In this document: piece by piece, positions 1 to 8,774 of the stretch
Layout of the letters: each line of letters begins with the position of its first letter
How positions within the stretch are numbered: position 1 is the stretch's first letter
Source: Candidatus Uhrbacteria bacterium
GTDB lineage: Bacteria; Patescibacteriota; Patescibacteriia; UBA9934
DNA: 64,000 nt
Assembly (NCBI GenBank): GCA_963822405.1
Contig: CAWGHH010000002.1
Coordinates: 107,703 to 171,702, forward strand
Direction: 5' to 3'
The notes under the pieces: generated by a model
The model's input: only the letters and a program-made list of their open reading frames with translations
Told to the model about the DNA's origin: nothing
The model's database searches: none
Translations under genes and position numbers: made by a program

Positions 1-114
1 CTCGTCTGCTGATGATCGGAGTGCGCCTTGGAGGCTTCCGACAATTGCCGAGACAAGGAGGGCGAGGAACATTATACCGATCACCAAGGCGGCAATCGGA
101 AATGTGGACTTCAT
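1..114 (-). CDS. Partial CDS running off the window start; hydrophobic membrane-protein N-terminus (MKSTFPIAALVIGIMFLALLVSAIVG...)
   Basis: Reverse complement of 1-114 opens with ATG at 112-114 followed by a hydrophobic segment and has no stop before the window edge. No homology recognised. Confidence 0.3.
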   Translation of the reverse strand, partial: MKSTFPIAALVIGIMFLALLVSAIVGSLQGALRSSADE

Positions 115-411
115 AGCGATGCCGTGTGAGGCACTTGCGGGACGTTTGGACACGCGGGCTCCGGGGCGGAGAGGAATGAGCGGCGACTTTCGGGGATGAA
201 AGCGGCTGTTTTTATAGCATAAAATGGGATTTTGGGCAAGGTGAGGGGTTTGGCGGCGCCAAACCCGTACGCCGAGGAGCAAAAATAGGCGATAGTTGTC
301 CCCAAGTGGGGCAAAATGGCATTGAGTGGGCTAGAGTGGGATGGTATCATCGGCACAAGTACGAAGTGGGGTCGTGCGTTGATTTGTTATAGGCCTCATT
401 TCTAGCGCCAT

Positions 412-837
412 ATGTTTATAGGCGAATACCACATCACTTTAGACGACAAAGGTCGCTTTAGTGTTCCGGTAAAGTTTCGCGGGGCATTAGCGCAAGGAGC
501 GGTTGTCACCCGCGGCCTAGACAATTCACTGTTCGTCTTGCCCTTGGAAGAGTGGGGAAAGCTGGCTGACAAGATTGCCGGTTTGCCCTTGGGTCAAGCG
601 AACTCCCGTGCCTTTGCGCGCTTCATGCTTGCGGGCGCGATGGACGTTGAGTTAGATAGCCACGGACGGTTTGTAGTCCCCGAATATCTTCGGACATTCG
701 CTGGACTGAAAAAGACCGCGGTAGTGGTAGGTATACAGAATCGTTTGGAAATTTGGGACGAAGAGGCTTGGATCGTTTACGCCAAGAAGGCGGAAGCTGA
801 TTCAGGTTCGATCGCTGAGCAACTAGGAGGGATATAA
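412..837 (+). CDS. mraZ: Transcriptional regulator MraZ
   Basis: 141 aa with a duplicated MraZ-type domain (DDKGRFSVP... and LDSHGRFVVP). Sits directly upstream of rsmH, as in division/cell-wall clusters. Confidence 0.9.
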   Translation: MFIGEYHITLDDKGRFSVPVKFRGALAQGAVVTRGLDNSLFVLPLEEWGKLADKIAGLPLGQANSRAFARFMLAGAMDVELDSHGRFVVPEYLRTFAGLKKTAVVVGIQNRLEIWDEEAWIVYAKKAEADSGSIAEQLGGI

Positions 838-840
838 AAT

Positions 841-1689
841 ATGCATATCCCAGTTCTCGCGAAGGAGGTTTTGGAAGGACTCGCATTAAAGCCAGGTGAA
901 GTCGTAATTGACGGCACGCTCGGCGGGGGCGGTCACGCTGCGCTTATGTTAACGGCGACGGCACCAAACGGCCGGCTGATCGGTTTTGATCGCGATGCGC
1001 GAAACCTTGAGATAGCCTGTGATGGCATGAAGGGTTCGTCCGATCGGGTGACGTATGTCCATGATTCGTTTGCGAACATGAAGGCACACGCGCCAAAGGC
1101 AGATGCGATTTTGCTCGACCTAGGCTTTTCCTCGATGCACGTTGATGACGCTACTCGTGGTTTCTCCTTCATGAAGGACGGGTCACTCGACATGCGTTAT
1201 GACGCGTCAAAGGGTGAGACGGCTGCGGATATTGTGAACGGTTCGCCCAGAGAGGAGATTGCCGCTATGTTGCGAATTTACGGCGAGGAACCATTTGCGA
1301 ATCAGATTGCGAAGGCAATTACGGATCAGCGCAAGAAGAAAAAGTTTGAGACAACTCTTGAACTGGCCAACTTCATCGCTAGTCTGTCGAAGGGTCGCGG
1401 CAAAATTCATCCGGCGACCAAGACATTTCAAGCTTTGCGCATTGCGGTGAATGATGAACTTGGCGAGCTTGAACGCGGATTGAAAGCGGCCGAGGAAGTG
1501 CTTACGCCGGGTGGCAGAATCGCGGTTATCACCTTTCATTCGCTTGAAGATAGAATTGTTAAGCAATTTTTCAGAGACAGCAAAGTGTTGAAAGCGACGA
1601 CTAAAAAGCCGATCGAGGGGAGCGAAGAAGAGATTCGAAGCAACCCAAGATCAAGGAGTGCAAAATTACGAATTGCGGTTCGAACGTAA
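841..1689 (+). CDS. rsmH: 16S rRNA (cytosine1402-N4)-methyltransferase RsmH (MraW)
   Basis: 282 aa. N-terminus HIPVLAKEVLEGL...DGTLGGGGHA and an SAM-methyltransferase fold motif are typical of RsmH. Follows mraZ with a 3-nt gap. Confidence 0.92.
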   Translation: MHIPVLAKEVLEGLALKPGEVVIDGTLGGGGHAALMLTATAPNGRLIGFDRDARNLEIACDGMKGSSDRVTYVHDSFANMKAHAPKADAILLDLGFSSMHVDDATRGFSFMKDGSLDMRYDASKGETAADIVNGSPREEIAAMLRIYGEEPFANQIAKAITDQRKKKKFETTLELANFIASLSKGRGKIHPATKTFQALRIAVNDELGELERGLKAAEEVLTPGGRIAVITFHSLEDRIVKQFFRDSKVLKATTKKPIEGSEEEIRSNPRSRSAKLRIAVRT

Positions 1690-1704
1690 ACCATATCGGA
1701 GGAT

Positions 1705-2025
1705 ATGACAGAAGGAGGGAACAATTTATTGATCGGAACGGCTAAGCAGAATATTCTGCAGGCGGTTTTTGGTGTTGTGGCTCTCGTCTTTGGACTGCTC
1801 TACATTTTTCAAATGAACGAAGCCTCAATGAAGGCTTATACTATTAGAGATTTAGAAAATACTCGGTTAACACTTTCTCATGACAGTGACCGCTTGTTAA
1901 CGGAAATTGATCGTTTGCGTTCGCTTGCTAGTATTTCTGACCGGCAAGCATTTTTGGGCATGGTCGAGCCTGTGACCGTGAAATACATGAAGATTTCGTC
2001 AAATGAAGTCGCGTTGGGGAAGTAG
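1705..2025 (+). CDS. ftsL: FtsL-like cell-division protein (single transmembrane segment plus coiled coil)
   Basis: 106 aa with one TM helix (ILQAVFGVVALVFGLLYIF) followed by a coiled-coil-like region. Lies immediately after rsmH, the position FtsL occupies in division/cell-wall clusters. Sequence itself is only weakly diagnostic. Confidence 0.55.
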   Translation: MTEGGNNLLIGTAKQNILQAVFGVVALVFGLLYIFQMNEASMKAYTIRDLENTRLTLSHDSDRLLTEIDRLRSLASISDRQAFLGMVEPVTVKYMKISSNEVALGK

Positions 2026-2052
2026 TCTGGTTTCGTGCTAAAATAGTGCGGT

Positions 2053-3645
2053 ATGGATTCTCCCAATTCGGGTCGACCACGGCCGGTTGTACTTTTCGTC
2101 ATTGATGGTTTTGGTATTGCCCCTGATTCTGAAGGAAATGCGGTTACCAGAGCCAAGAAGCCTACTTTTGACATGTTGACTAGTCGTTATCCCGTAATGA
2201 CATTGCGAGCGTCGAGTGAGGAAGTCGGCCTTTCGTGGGGCGAGATGGGAAATTCGGAGGTTGGACACTTGGCTATTGGAGCTGGTCGAGTCTATTATCA
2301 AACTTTGCCAAGAATTAACAAAGCCGTATTAGACGGTTCTTTTGCGTCTAACCCAGCGCTTGCTAAAGCGATCTCGACGGTCAAAGCAAGCGGAGGCACT
2401 TTGCATCTCCTTGGTCTCGTGTCGAGCGGCAAAGTGCACTCGTACGACGATCATTGTTACGCCCTTTTGCGAATGTGTAAGGAGGCCGGCATTAAAAAAG
2501 TGGCGGTTCACGCAATCCTTGACGGTCGGGACACACTCTATAATTCGGGCATCGACTTCATTAAAAGCCTTGACGCAAAGATGAAGGAATACGGGGTGGG
2601 CGAGATTGCCTCGCTCATGGGTCGTTACTACGCCATGGATCGTGACAACCGTTGGGATAGAGTTGAAAAAGCTTATAACGCTGTTGCTCTAGGCAAAGCT
2701 GAAAAAACGTCTGAGGATCCATTCGTCGCTATTCAGGAAAGCTACGCCAAAGAAGTCTACGACGAAGAATTTGTGCCAACGGTGATTACTAGGGGTAACA
2801 AGCCAGTGGCAACGGTCAATTCTGGTGACGCCGTTCTATTTTTCAACTTCAGACCAGACCGTTCGCGCGAATTAACTCGAGCATTCGTTCTTCCGGCCTT
2901 CGAAAAATTCACTCGTGAGTACATTAAGGATTTAGTCTTTGTGACGATGACGGATTATGAAAAGGGTTTGCCGGTAGATGTTGCCTTTCCGCCAATTGTT
3001 ATTCAGAATACTTTGGCCGAGGTGGTGTCTACTGCTGGCTTGGTTCAGCTGCATATTGCGGAGACCGAGAAATACGCGCACGTCACTTTCTTCATGAACG
3101 GTACGCGTGAGGAGCCTTTTCCAAATGAGGATCGAGCTCTCATTCCTTCGCCCCATGTAGCGAGTTATGACACCGTGCCGGAGATGAGCGCGTTCGCGGT
3201 AACTGATCGGGTCATTGCTGAAATTGAGCGGGGGAATTACGACGTGATTATCGGCAACTTCGCAAATCCTGACATGGTTGGTCATACTGGAAACCTTGAG
3301 GCGACTATTAAGGGTGTTGAGGCAGTTGATACTTGTATAGGTAGAATTGTCGAGTCTGTACTGAAACACAACGGCGTTCTGCTTATTACAGCTGATCACG
3401 GAAACGCCGAAGAAGTTCTGAACCTCCAGACGCACGCCATGGATAAAGAACACAGTACAAATCCTGTTCCATTCTTTATCATTGGCAACCAGTTTGAGGG
3501 CAAGCCGTCTATTGCCGGTGACGTGCCAAATGGTGACCTCTCGCTCATGCCACCCGTTGGCATGCTGGCTGACGTCGCGCCAACCGTCCTAGCCATTCTT
3601 GGCCTCCCACAGCCGCCGGATATGACGGGAACGCCATTACTCTAA
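2053..3645 (+). CDS. gpmI: 2,3-bisphosphoglycerate-independent phosphoglycerate mutase
   Basis: 530 aa. N-terminus VVLFVIDGFGIAP and metal-site motif MGNSEVGHLAIGAGRV are characteristic of iPGM. Full-length protein. Confidence 0.9.
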   Translation: MDSPNSGRPRPVVLFVIDGFGIAPDSEGNAVTRAKKPTFDMLTSRYPVMTLRASSEEVGLSWGEMGNSEVGHLAIGAGRVYYQTLPRINKAVLDGSFASNPALAKAISTVKASGGTLHLLGLVSSGKVHSYDDHCYALLRMCKEAGIKKVAVHAILDGRDTLYNSGIDFIKSLDAKMKEYGVGEIASLMGRYYAMDRDNRWDRVEKAYNAVALGKAEKTSEDPFVAIQESYAKEVYDEEFVPTVITRGNKPVATVNSGDAVLFFNFRPDRSRELTRAFVLPAFEKFTREYIKDLVFVTMTDYEKGLPVDVAFPPIVIQNTLAEVVSTAGLVQLHIAETEKYAHVTFFMNGTREEPFPNEDRALIPSPHVASYDTVPEMSAFAVTDRVIAEIERGNYDVIIGNFANPDMVGHTGNLEATIKGVEAVDTCIGRIVESVLKHNGVLLITADHGNAEEVLNLQTHAMDKEHSTNPVPFFIIGNQFEGKPSIAGDVPNGDLSLMPPVGMLADVAPTVLAILGLPQPPDMTGTPLL

Positions 3646-3660
3646 TGTCACCGTCGGCTA

Positions 3661-3775
3661 GAGGAGGTAGAGGATATAGAGGCTCGCCCGTAGGGCTACG
3701 CCCGAGGGATGGAATGGATTCTTTAAAGAATTGGATCAATCCTCTCTCTCCTCTATCTCCTCATGCCGGCATTTT
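3661..3775. repeat. GC-rich palindromic intergenic element, copy A, occupying the leader of cca
   Basis: Arm gaggaggtagaggatatagagg; core ctcgcccgtagggctacgcccgag; an AT palindrome attctttaaagaat; inverted arm cctctctctcctctatctcctc; then the perfect palindrome atgccggcat, just before ATG 3776. Near-identical copies at 33883-33945 and 56733-56760. Confidence 0.6.
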
Positions 3776-5218
3776 ATGATGTCTCTCGACTCCATTTTAC
3801 AGACTGCTATTGGACGACTGGCTCACAAGGTGCCCAGGGCTCTTTTGGTTGGCGGGGCGGTTCGCGACTTGTTGCTCGGCGTGCCGACGAATGATGCTGA
3901 TGTAGAGGTCTACGGTATTAAGCCTGACGCGCTCGAAAAGATTTTGCGTGAACTGTTTACGCGGGTTGACGTCGTAGGTGCGTCGTTCGGCGTGTACAAA
4001 GTTACGCTCGACGAAGGCCGAATGCTCGACGTGGCCATTCCTCGAACCGAATCAAAAACCGGCAAAGGACATAAGGGTTTTGAAGTTATTGGTAACCCTT
4101 CGCTTGAAGTTGTCGAGGCCTTGCGTCGACGTGATTTTACGATCAACGCGATAGGCATGGATGCGTCAACGGGCGAGATCATTGATCCTTATAATGGTCG
4201 AGCTGACCTGGCCGACAAGTTATTGCGCGTGGTCGACGAGCGGACATTTGTCGAGGATCCTCTTCGGGTTTTTCGCGGTATCCAGTTTGTTGCGCGTTTT
4301 GGTTTGAAGGTCGAGCCGAAAACTTTCGCCCTCATGAAACAAATGGTCGAAAACGGCGATCTCGACGAGTTGTCAAAAGAACGCGTGACCGACGAATGGA
4401 AGAAATTACTTTTAAAATCGTCTTGTCCATCAACTGGCCTCTCAATGATGCGAGAGCTTGGCATTATTTCCCATTACTATCCCGAACTCGCCGCTTTAAT
4501 CAACACGCCACAGGAAAAAGATTGGCACCCAGAGGGGGACGTTTGGATTCATACGCTTTTGGTCGTCGACGAGTGTGTTCGAATTGGTGCGCAGTTTCCC
4601 CCTTCCAGGGGGATAAAGGGGGTCGAGAACCTCGTCGCGATGTTGGGGGCGTTGTGTCACGACCTCGGCAAACCTCTCGTCACGAAAATAATTGACGGCA
4701 AAATTCGCGCTCTCGGACATGAGGAGGCGGGTGTTGAACCGACAAAATCTTTTCTTAAAAGATTTACTTTTGGCGATGACGTTACTCATGACGTCGCTGC
4801 GATTGTTCCCAATCACCTCAAGCCAACGACACTTTATCGGTCCTTTCAAAAAGGCGAGCTAAACGAAAGGCAGTACGCTAACGCCGTTCGTCGTTTGCTA
4901 AAACGCCTCGGTGGCGTCCCGCTTGATATCTTCCTTGCAGTGACTGAGGCAGACACTCGTGGTCGGGGTTCGGCGAGTGACGTGGGTGAATACGAACCCG
5001 GCGCGTTCATGCGACAAATAATTACAAAGAATGATCTCGAAGTCGCCGCTAAGACTCCACTCGTCACCGGCGCGGAACTCATTGCCGAATTTGGTCTCGT
5101 CGAAGGGCCGAAGATTGGGGAAGTCATGAAAGCTGTCGAAGCTGCACGAGACGAAGGGGAAATTGAGACTCGTGATCAAGCGATTCGTTTTATAGAAAAT
5201 TATTTTTCCGCCCAATAA
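3776..5218 (+). CDS. cca: CCA tRNA nucleotidyltransferase (poly(A) polymerase head domain plus HD domain)
   Basis: N-terminus GGAVRDLLLG...NDADVEV is the NTase motif. An HD domain follows (HTLLVVDE...CHDLGKP). The tabulated ORF starts at 3731, but that start lies inside the repeat element; the in-frame ATG at 3776 (MMSLDS...) is more likely. Confidence 0.85.
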   Translation: MMSLDSILQTAIGRLAHKVPRALLVGGAVRDLLLGVPTNDADVEVYGIKPDALEKILRELFTRVDVVGASFGVYKVTLDEGRMLDVAIPRTESKTGKGHKGFEVIGNPSLEVVEALRRRDFTINAIGMDASTGEIIDPYNGRADLADKLLRVVDERTFVEDPLRVFRGIQFVARFGLKVEPKTFALMKQMVENGDLDELSKERVTDEWKKLLLKSSCPSTGLSMMRELGIISHYYPELAALINTPQEKDWHPEGDVWIHTLLVVDECVRIGAQFPPSRGIKGVENLVAMLGALCHDLGKPLVTKIIDGKIRALGHEEAGVEPTKSFLKRFTFGDDVTHDVAAIVPNHLKPTTLYRSFQKGELNERQYANAVRRLLKRLGGVPLDIFLAVTEADTRGRGSASDVGEYEPGAFMRQIITKNDLEVAAKTPLVTGAELIAEFGLVEGPKIGEVMKAVEAARDEGEIETRDQAIRFIENYFSAQ

Positions 5219-5386
5219 TTGTATGGAAAATCGCAAGAACCAATCCGACTCGTCTCTGAGAAAAGTGCGCGAGACGATAGCTTTGTTGAAGGCTATTTTG
5301 GCGAGGTGGGATTTGGATGACGCGCAATGGAAGATAAGAAAAGATTTAGATTCCTCCATACTTAGAGCTTCTCAAGTTCAGAATAA

Positions 5387-5704
5387 ATGATATACTTGTC
5401 ATATATGGAGAACGATATGACAGTTCGGGAGCTGGCCGAGATTCTTACTCATTTCGCGGAGAATATTGATCAGCGTTTTGATCGAATGGATCAACGCATG
5501 GACAGGATGGAGAATACTATAGTCACTAAGTCATACCTTGATGACAAGTTATTCGACAAAGAAAGTGACTCGGGTATGGCTTTGCGTAAAGAAGACAAAA
5601 AAGTTGACGCTGTTGTATTTAAACTCGAAGAAAAGAACATTATTAATAAACAAGAAGCAACGGTCATCACTGCTATGAGCCCGTTTGCTGTTTTACCGAA
5701 TTAA
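5387..5704 (+). CDS. Hypothetical protein
   Basis: 105-aa ORF in a gene-dense + strand run. No motif recognised. Confidence 0.3.
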   Translation: MIYLSYMENDMTVRELAEILTHFAENIDQRFDRMDQRMDRMENTIVTKSYLDDKLFDKESDSGMALRKEDKKVDAVVFKLEEKNIINKQEATVITAMSPFAVLPN

Positions 5705-6205
5705 ATGAAGTACTTCTTTGATGTTCGTGTAAGCGAGAAGATTCAGGCGTGGGGGAAGCCGCAATATAATATGTGGTACGTGTTTGCGGTTCATTTAATG
5801 TATGTTTACATTGCGAGTTGGATAATTTTTAGTGCGCTTGGTTGGCTGGTTTGGTGGACGGTGCCGGTCGTGGCGTTTTCAGCGTGGATTTTGACGTTGG
5901 GTACGCAGGTCATTGTGGCACGGGAGCGACCGAAATTCGAATCGACTACCGGGTATAAAATGTGGTGGAAGACTTACTCGTTGCCGAGCGGGCATGCGAC
6001 AATCTCCGCGGCCATAGCGACGGTGTTGCTTTTGACGACGCATTTTCCAAATTCAATTTGGTTGGTTGTTTTGGCGGTCGTTTATCTGATCATCGAAGTG
6101 CTAGTTGCTATCGGTCGAATCGTGGTCGGGGTGCATTATTTGGCTGACGTAATTGTCGGGTTTGTGCTGGGGATTGCGTTTGGGGTAATGTGGTCGGTGT
6201 TATGA
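5705..6205 (+). CDS. PAP2-family membrane phosphatase (undecaprenyl-diphosphatase / phosphatidate phosphatase type)
   Basis: 166 aa with several TM segments. PAP2 signature present: RERP...PSGH...GRIVVGVHYLADV (K/R-x6-RP, PSGH, SR-x5-H-x3-D). Confidence 0.75.
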   Translation: MKYFFDVRVSEKIQAWGKPQYNMWYVFAVHLMYVYIASWIIFSALGWLVWWTVPVVAFSAWILTLGTQVIVARERPKFESTTGYKMWWKTYSLPSGHATISAAIATVLLLTTHFPNSIWLVVLAVVYLIIEVLVAIGRIVVGVHYLADVIVGFVLGIAFGVMWSVL

Positions 6206-6936
6206 AAATTCAAGCAATCCTTCTCGCTGGTGGTCGAGGAACTAGACTAGCCCCAATAACCGACACGATGCCTAAACCGCTCGTGCCGATTTTGGGCAAG
6301 CCGATGATGAGTTACGTACTCGAACATCTGAAAGCGGCAGGGATTACTCGGGTGGCTATTTCGACAGCTTACCTCGGTCATTTAATCGAACAGACTTACG
6401 GCGATGGTTCCTTGATGGGCATGGAGTTGTCGTATATTGACGAACCGGAGCCGATGGGAACTGGCGGTTGGATGAAGCTGATCGACAAGTCGCAACTCGA
6501 CGAAAAGTTTATTGTGGCTAACGCTGATAATTTGTTTTGGATCGACGTCCCAGCCTTCTTGAAGAGACACGACGAAGTTGGCGGGATCGCGACAATCGCT
6601 GGCATTTCGATTCCGAGCGAGACTGCTAACAACTACGAGATTCTTGACGCGAACGACGAGAAGACTCGGTTAAACGCTTATGTTGATCGAAAAGATGCCG
6701 AGCCACTGCGAAATGCCTCACCGTCTGTGTTCGTTTCTTCGGGGTGGTATATTATGACACCGGCAGTGCTTGATATCGCGCCCGACGAGTTGCCACTATC
6801 GCACGAAACTCATGTTTGGCCAGCATTGTCGAAGTCTGGTCGCACGCTCGGGTTTTATCATGGTACTGAACCGTGGTTCGACTCGGGAACGCATGAGAGA
6901 CTTGCACGGGTTGAAGCGTTTTTGAAGAATCGTTGA
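6190..6936 (+). CDS. Sugar-phosphate nucleotidyltransferase (mannose-1-P guanylyltransferase / glucose-1-P thymidylyltransferase family)
   Basis: N-terminus MKIQAILLAGGRGTRLAPITDTMPKPLVPILGKPMM is the NTP-transferase G-rich loop. The likely start MKIQ at 6202 overlaps the PAP2 gene by 4 nt. Confidence 0.8.
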   Translation: MVGVMKIQAILLAGGRGTRLAPITDTMPKPLVPILGKPMMSYVLEHLKAAGITRVAISTAYLGHLIEQTYGDGSLMGMELSYIDEPEPMGTGGWMKLIDKSQLDEKFIVANADNLFWIDVPAFLKRHDEVGGIATIAGISIPSETANNYEILDANDEKTRLNAYVDRKDAEPLRNASPSVFVSSGWYIMTPAVLDIAPDELPLSHETHVWPALSKSGRTLGFYHGTEPWFDSGTHERLARVEAFLKNR

Positions 6937-6941
6937 TGGCT

Positions 6942-7308
6942 TCCACCCCGACGCCAGGAGGGGTCGCTTCCAGTATTCTATGGATGATCAAACATGCGGG
7001 GTATACATAATGGCTAACGATGGCAACCGGGTGATTTATGTTGGCATGAGCACGATGTTGCCGGAGCGCATTCAATCTCATAAAGACAAAATGATAGAGG
7101 GTTTTACGAAAAAATATAATTGTACCCGTTTGGTGTATTACGAAATTGTTCCGGATCGAGATTCGGCTCTTTATAGGGAGAAGGAGCTAAAGGGCTGGTC
7201 TAGAATGAAAAAGGCTGCACTAATTACTTCGACCAATCACGACTGGAAAGATTTGTTCGAAGAACTTATCATGCTCGCGTAGGAGCGACCCCTCCTGGCG
7301 TCGGGGTG
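6942..7308 (+). mobile_element. GIY-YIG nuclease gene (CDS 6980-7282) bracketed by a perfect 25-bp inverted repeat
   Basis: ccaccccgacgccaggaggggtcgc at 6944-6968 is the reverse complement of gcgacccctcctggcgtcggggtgg at 7286-7310. The left arm starts 6 nt after the upstream stop and the right arm 3 nt after the GIY-YIG stop. The 100-aa ORF carries GVYIMANDGNRVIYVGMSTMLPERIQSHKD (GIY-YIG / YhbQ-like). Confidence 0.6.
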
Positions 7309-7349
7309 GGAGAGAATCCGGATAGCATTAATGCCAATCGACAATCCAT

Positions 7350-8378
7350 ATGAACCTCCTTCGACTAATCGTTCGCTCGCTGGTTCTTGCTGCTGCTATT
7401 GGTCTTGTATGTCTCGTTGTCGCGATCAACCAAATTAACCGGATCTTTTTCCAATCGCCAAAACCTGGCGCCCAGGCAATTACTTTTACGGTTACGTCGG
7501 GTGATTCATTTTCAGAGGTCGACAAACGACTAAAAGAGCAGGGGATCATTGCAAACGGTTTGTGGTTTAGGGTCGCCGCCGAGTTTTCTGGTTTGACGGA
7601 TAACTTGCAGGCTGGTGTTTACTCGCTTACTCCAGATCAAAGTTACGGCGATATTCTGTCTCATCTGACTACGAGTGAAGTGACAGATATTTCGATCACT
7701 TTTCCAGAAGGTTTGACCATCGCGCAAATGGGCGAGCTCGTCCATACGAAGTTCGGTATTTCGACGGACGATTGGGCGAAGGCGACGGGTCAATATTCAA
7801 AGTTCGAAACTCATCCATTCGTTGTCCGCGCGAAGAAGCCGGATGATGTAGACCTTGAAGGCTATCTATTCCCAGATACCTATCGGTTTTTTGCTGATGC
7901 GACTGCTGACGACATTGTGAAGAAGATGATTGATACGATGGAGGCTCGTGTGGGCGAAATTTCTGCACCAACGGGAGACTCGAAAGACATGACATTTCAC
8001 GAGGTATTAACTCTAGCCTCGATCGTTCAGCGGGAAGTTCGCAAGCCTTCAGAAATGAAGAACGTGGCCGATGTTTTCTTGAAACGTTTGTCGATCGGTA
8101 TGGCACTCCAGGCAGACTCGACGGTGAACTATGTGACCGGTGGCAAGGATCCATCGATCTCTTTGAACGAGCGAGACATAATGTCTCCATACAACACCTA
8201 TAAAAATCCAGGTTTGCCTCCGGGACCGATTAGTAATCCAGGACTCGACGCATTAACGGCCGTGATTCATCCAGCAACAAATTCTTATCTATACTTTCTA
8301 ACAGACGATCTTGGAAACGTTTATTACGCGCAGACATTCGATCAACATATTCAAAATAAGGCGAGGTACCTCAAATAG
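7350..8378 (+). CDS. mltG: Endolytic murein transglycosylase MltG (YceG-like)
   Basis: 342 aa. N-terminal TM anchor, then a YceG domain with motifs LASIVQREV...ADSTVNYV...YNTYKNPGLPPGPISNPG. Confidence 0.85.
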   Translation: MNLLRLIVRSLVLAAAIGLVCLVVAINQINRIFFQSPKPGAQAITFTVTSGDSFSEVDKRLKEQGIIANGLWFRVAAEFSGLTDNLQAGVYSLTPDQSYGDILSHLTTSEVTDISITFPEGLTIAQMGELVHTKFGISTDDWAKATGQYSKFETHPFVVRAKKPDDVDLEGYLFPDTYRFFADATADDIVKKMIDTMEARVGEISAPTGDSKDMTFHEVLTLASIVQREVRKPSEMKNVADVFLKRLSIGMALQADSTVNYVTGGKDPSISLNERDIMSPYNTYKNPGLPPGPISNPGLDALTAVIHPATNSYLYFLTDDLGNVYYAQTFDQHIQNKARYLK

Positions 8379-8389
8379 ATTGTAAAAGA

Positions 8390-8773
8390 TTATTGCAACG
8401 TTTCAGTTACTTGAGTGACCGCAAAGGGACTTGTGTCCACATCTACCAGCACTCCGCGCGTGATATTGCTTTGAGTGAGTTTGATTAGACCAGAGCGAGT
8501 TGTTCCGTTCGTCGTTACAGTAAGAGTGCAGGTGGCTGTGCCGATTGGAATAGTAGCCGGTGCGTAGCTACTATTTTTCTTGATCTGAATTATAAACTCG
8601 TCAGTGCATCCCATGACAGAAGACCTTACTTTAAGGGCGATTACTTCGTCACTTGCGTCTATGAATCCTCCCATGCTCCCTTGAGCAAGAATAGAAAAAG
8701 CCAGTAGGCTGGCCGAGCCAATAATTAGCATGGTGTAGAGCAGGATAACGCCTTTGGGCGAGCGGACAAGCAT
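8390..8773 (-). CDS. Minor pilin / pseudopilin-like protein (last gene of the pilus operon)
   Basis: 127 aa. N-terminus MLVRSPKG-VILLYTMLIIG has a prepilin-like leader and hydrophobic helix but lacks Glu at +5. Abuts the upstream pseudopilin gene. Confidence 0.45.
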   Translation of the reverse strand: MLVRSPKGVILLYTMLIIGSASLLAFSILAQGSMGGFIDASDEVIALKVRSSVMGCTDEFIIQIKKNSSYAPATIPIGTATCTLTVTTNGTTRSGLIKLTQSNITRGVLVDVDTSPFAVTQVTETLQ

Positions 8774-8774
8774 A

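Noticed and set aside
111-356. 81-aa minus-strand ORF upstream of mraZ
   Set aside because: No motif, no RBS, and it sits in the mraZ promoter region. More likely non-coding.
2932-3453. 173-aa minus-strand ORF
   Set aside because: Antisense within gpmI, which is a full-length, well-conserved enzyme. No independent support.
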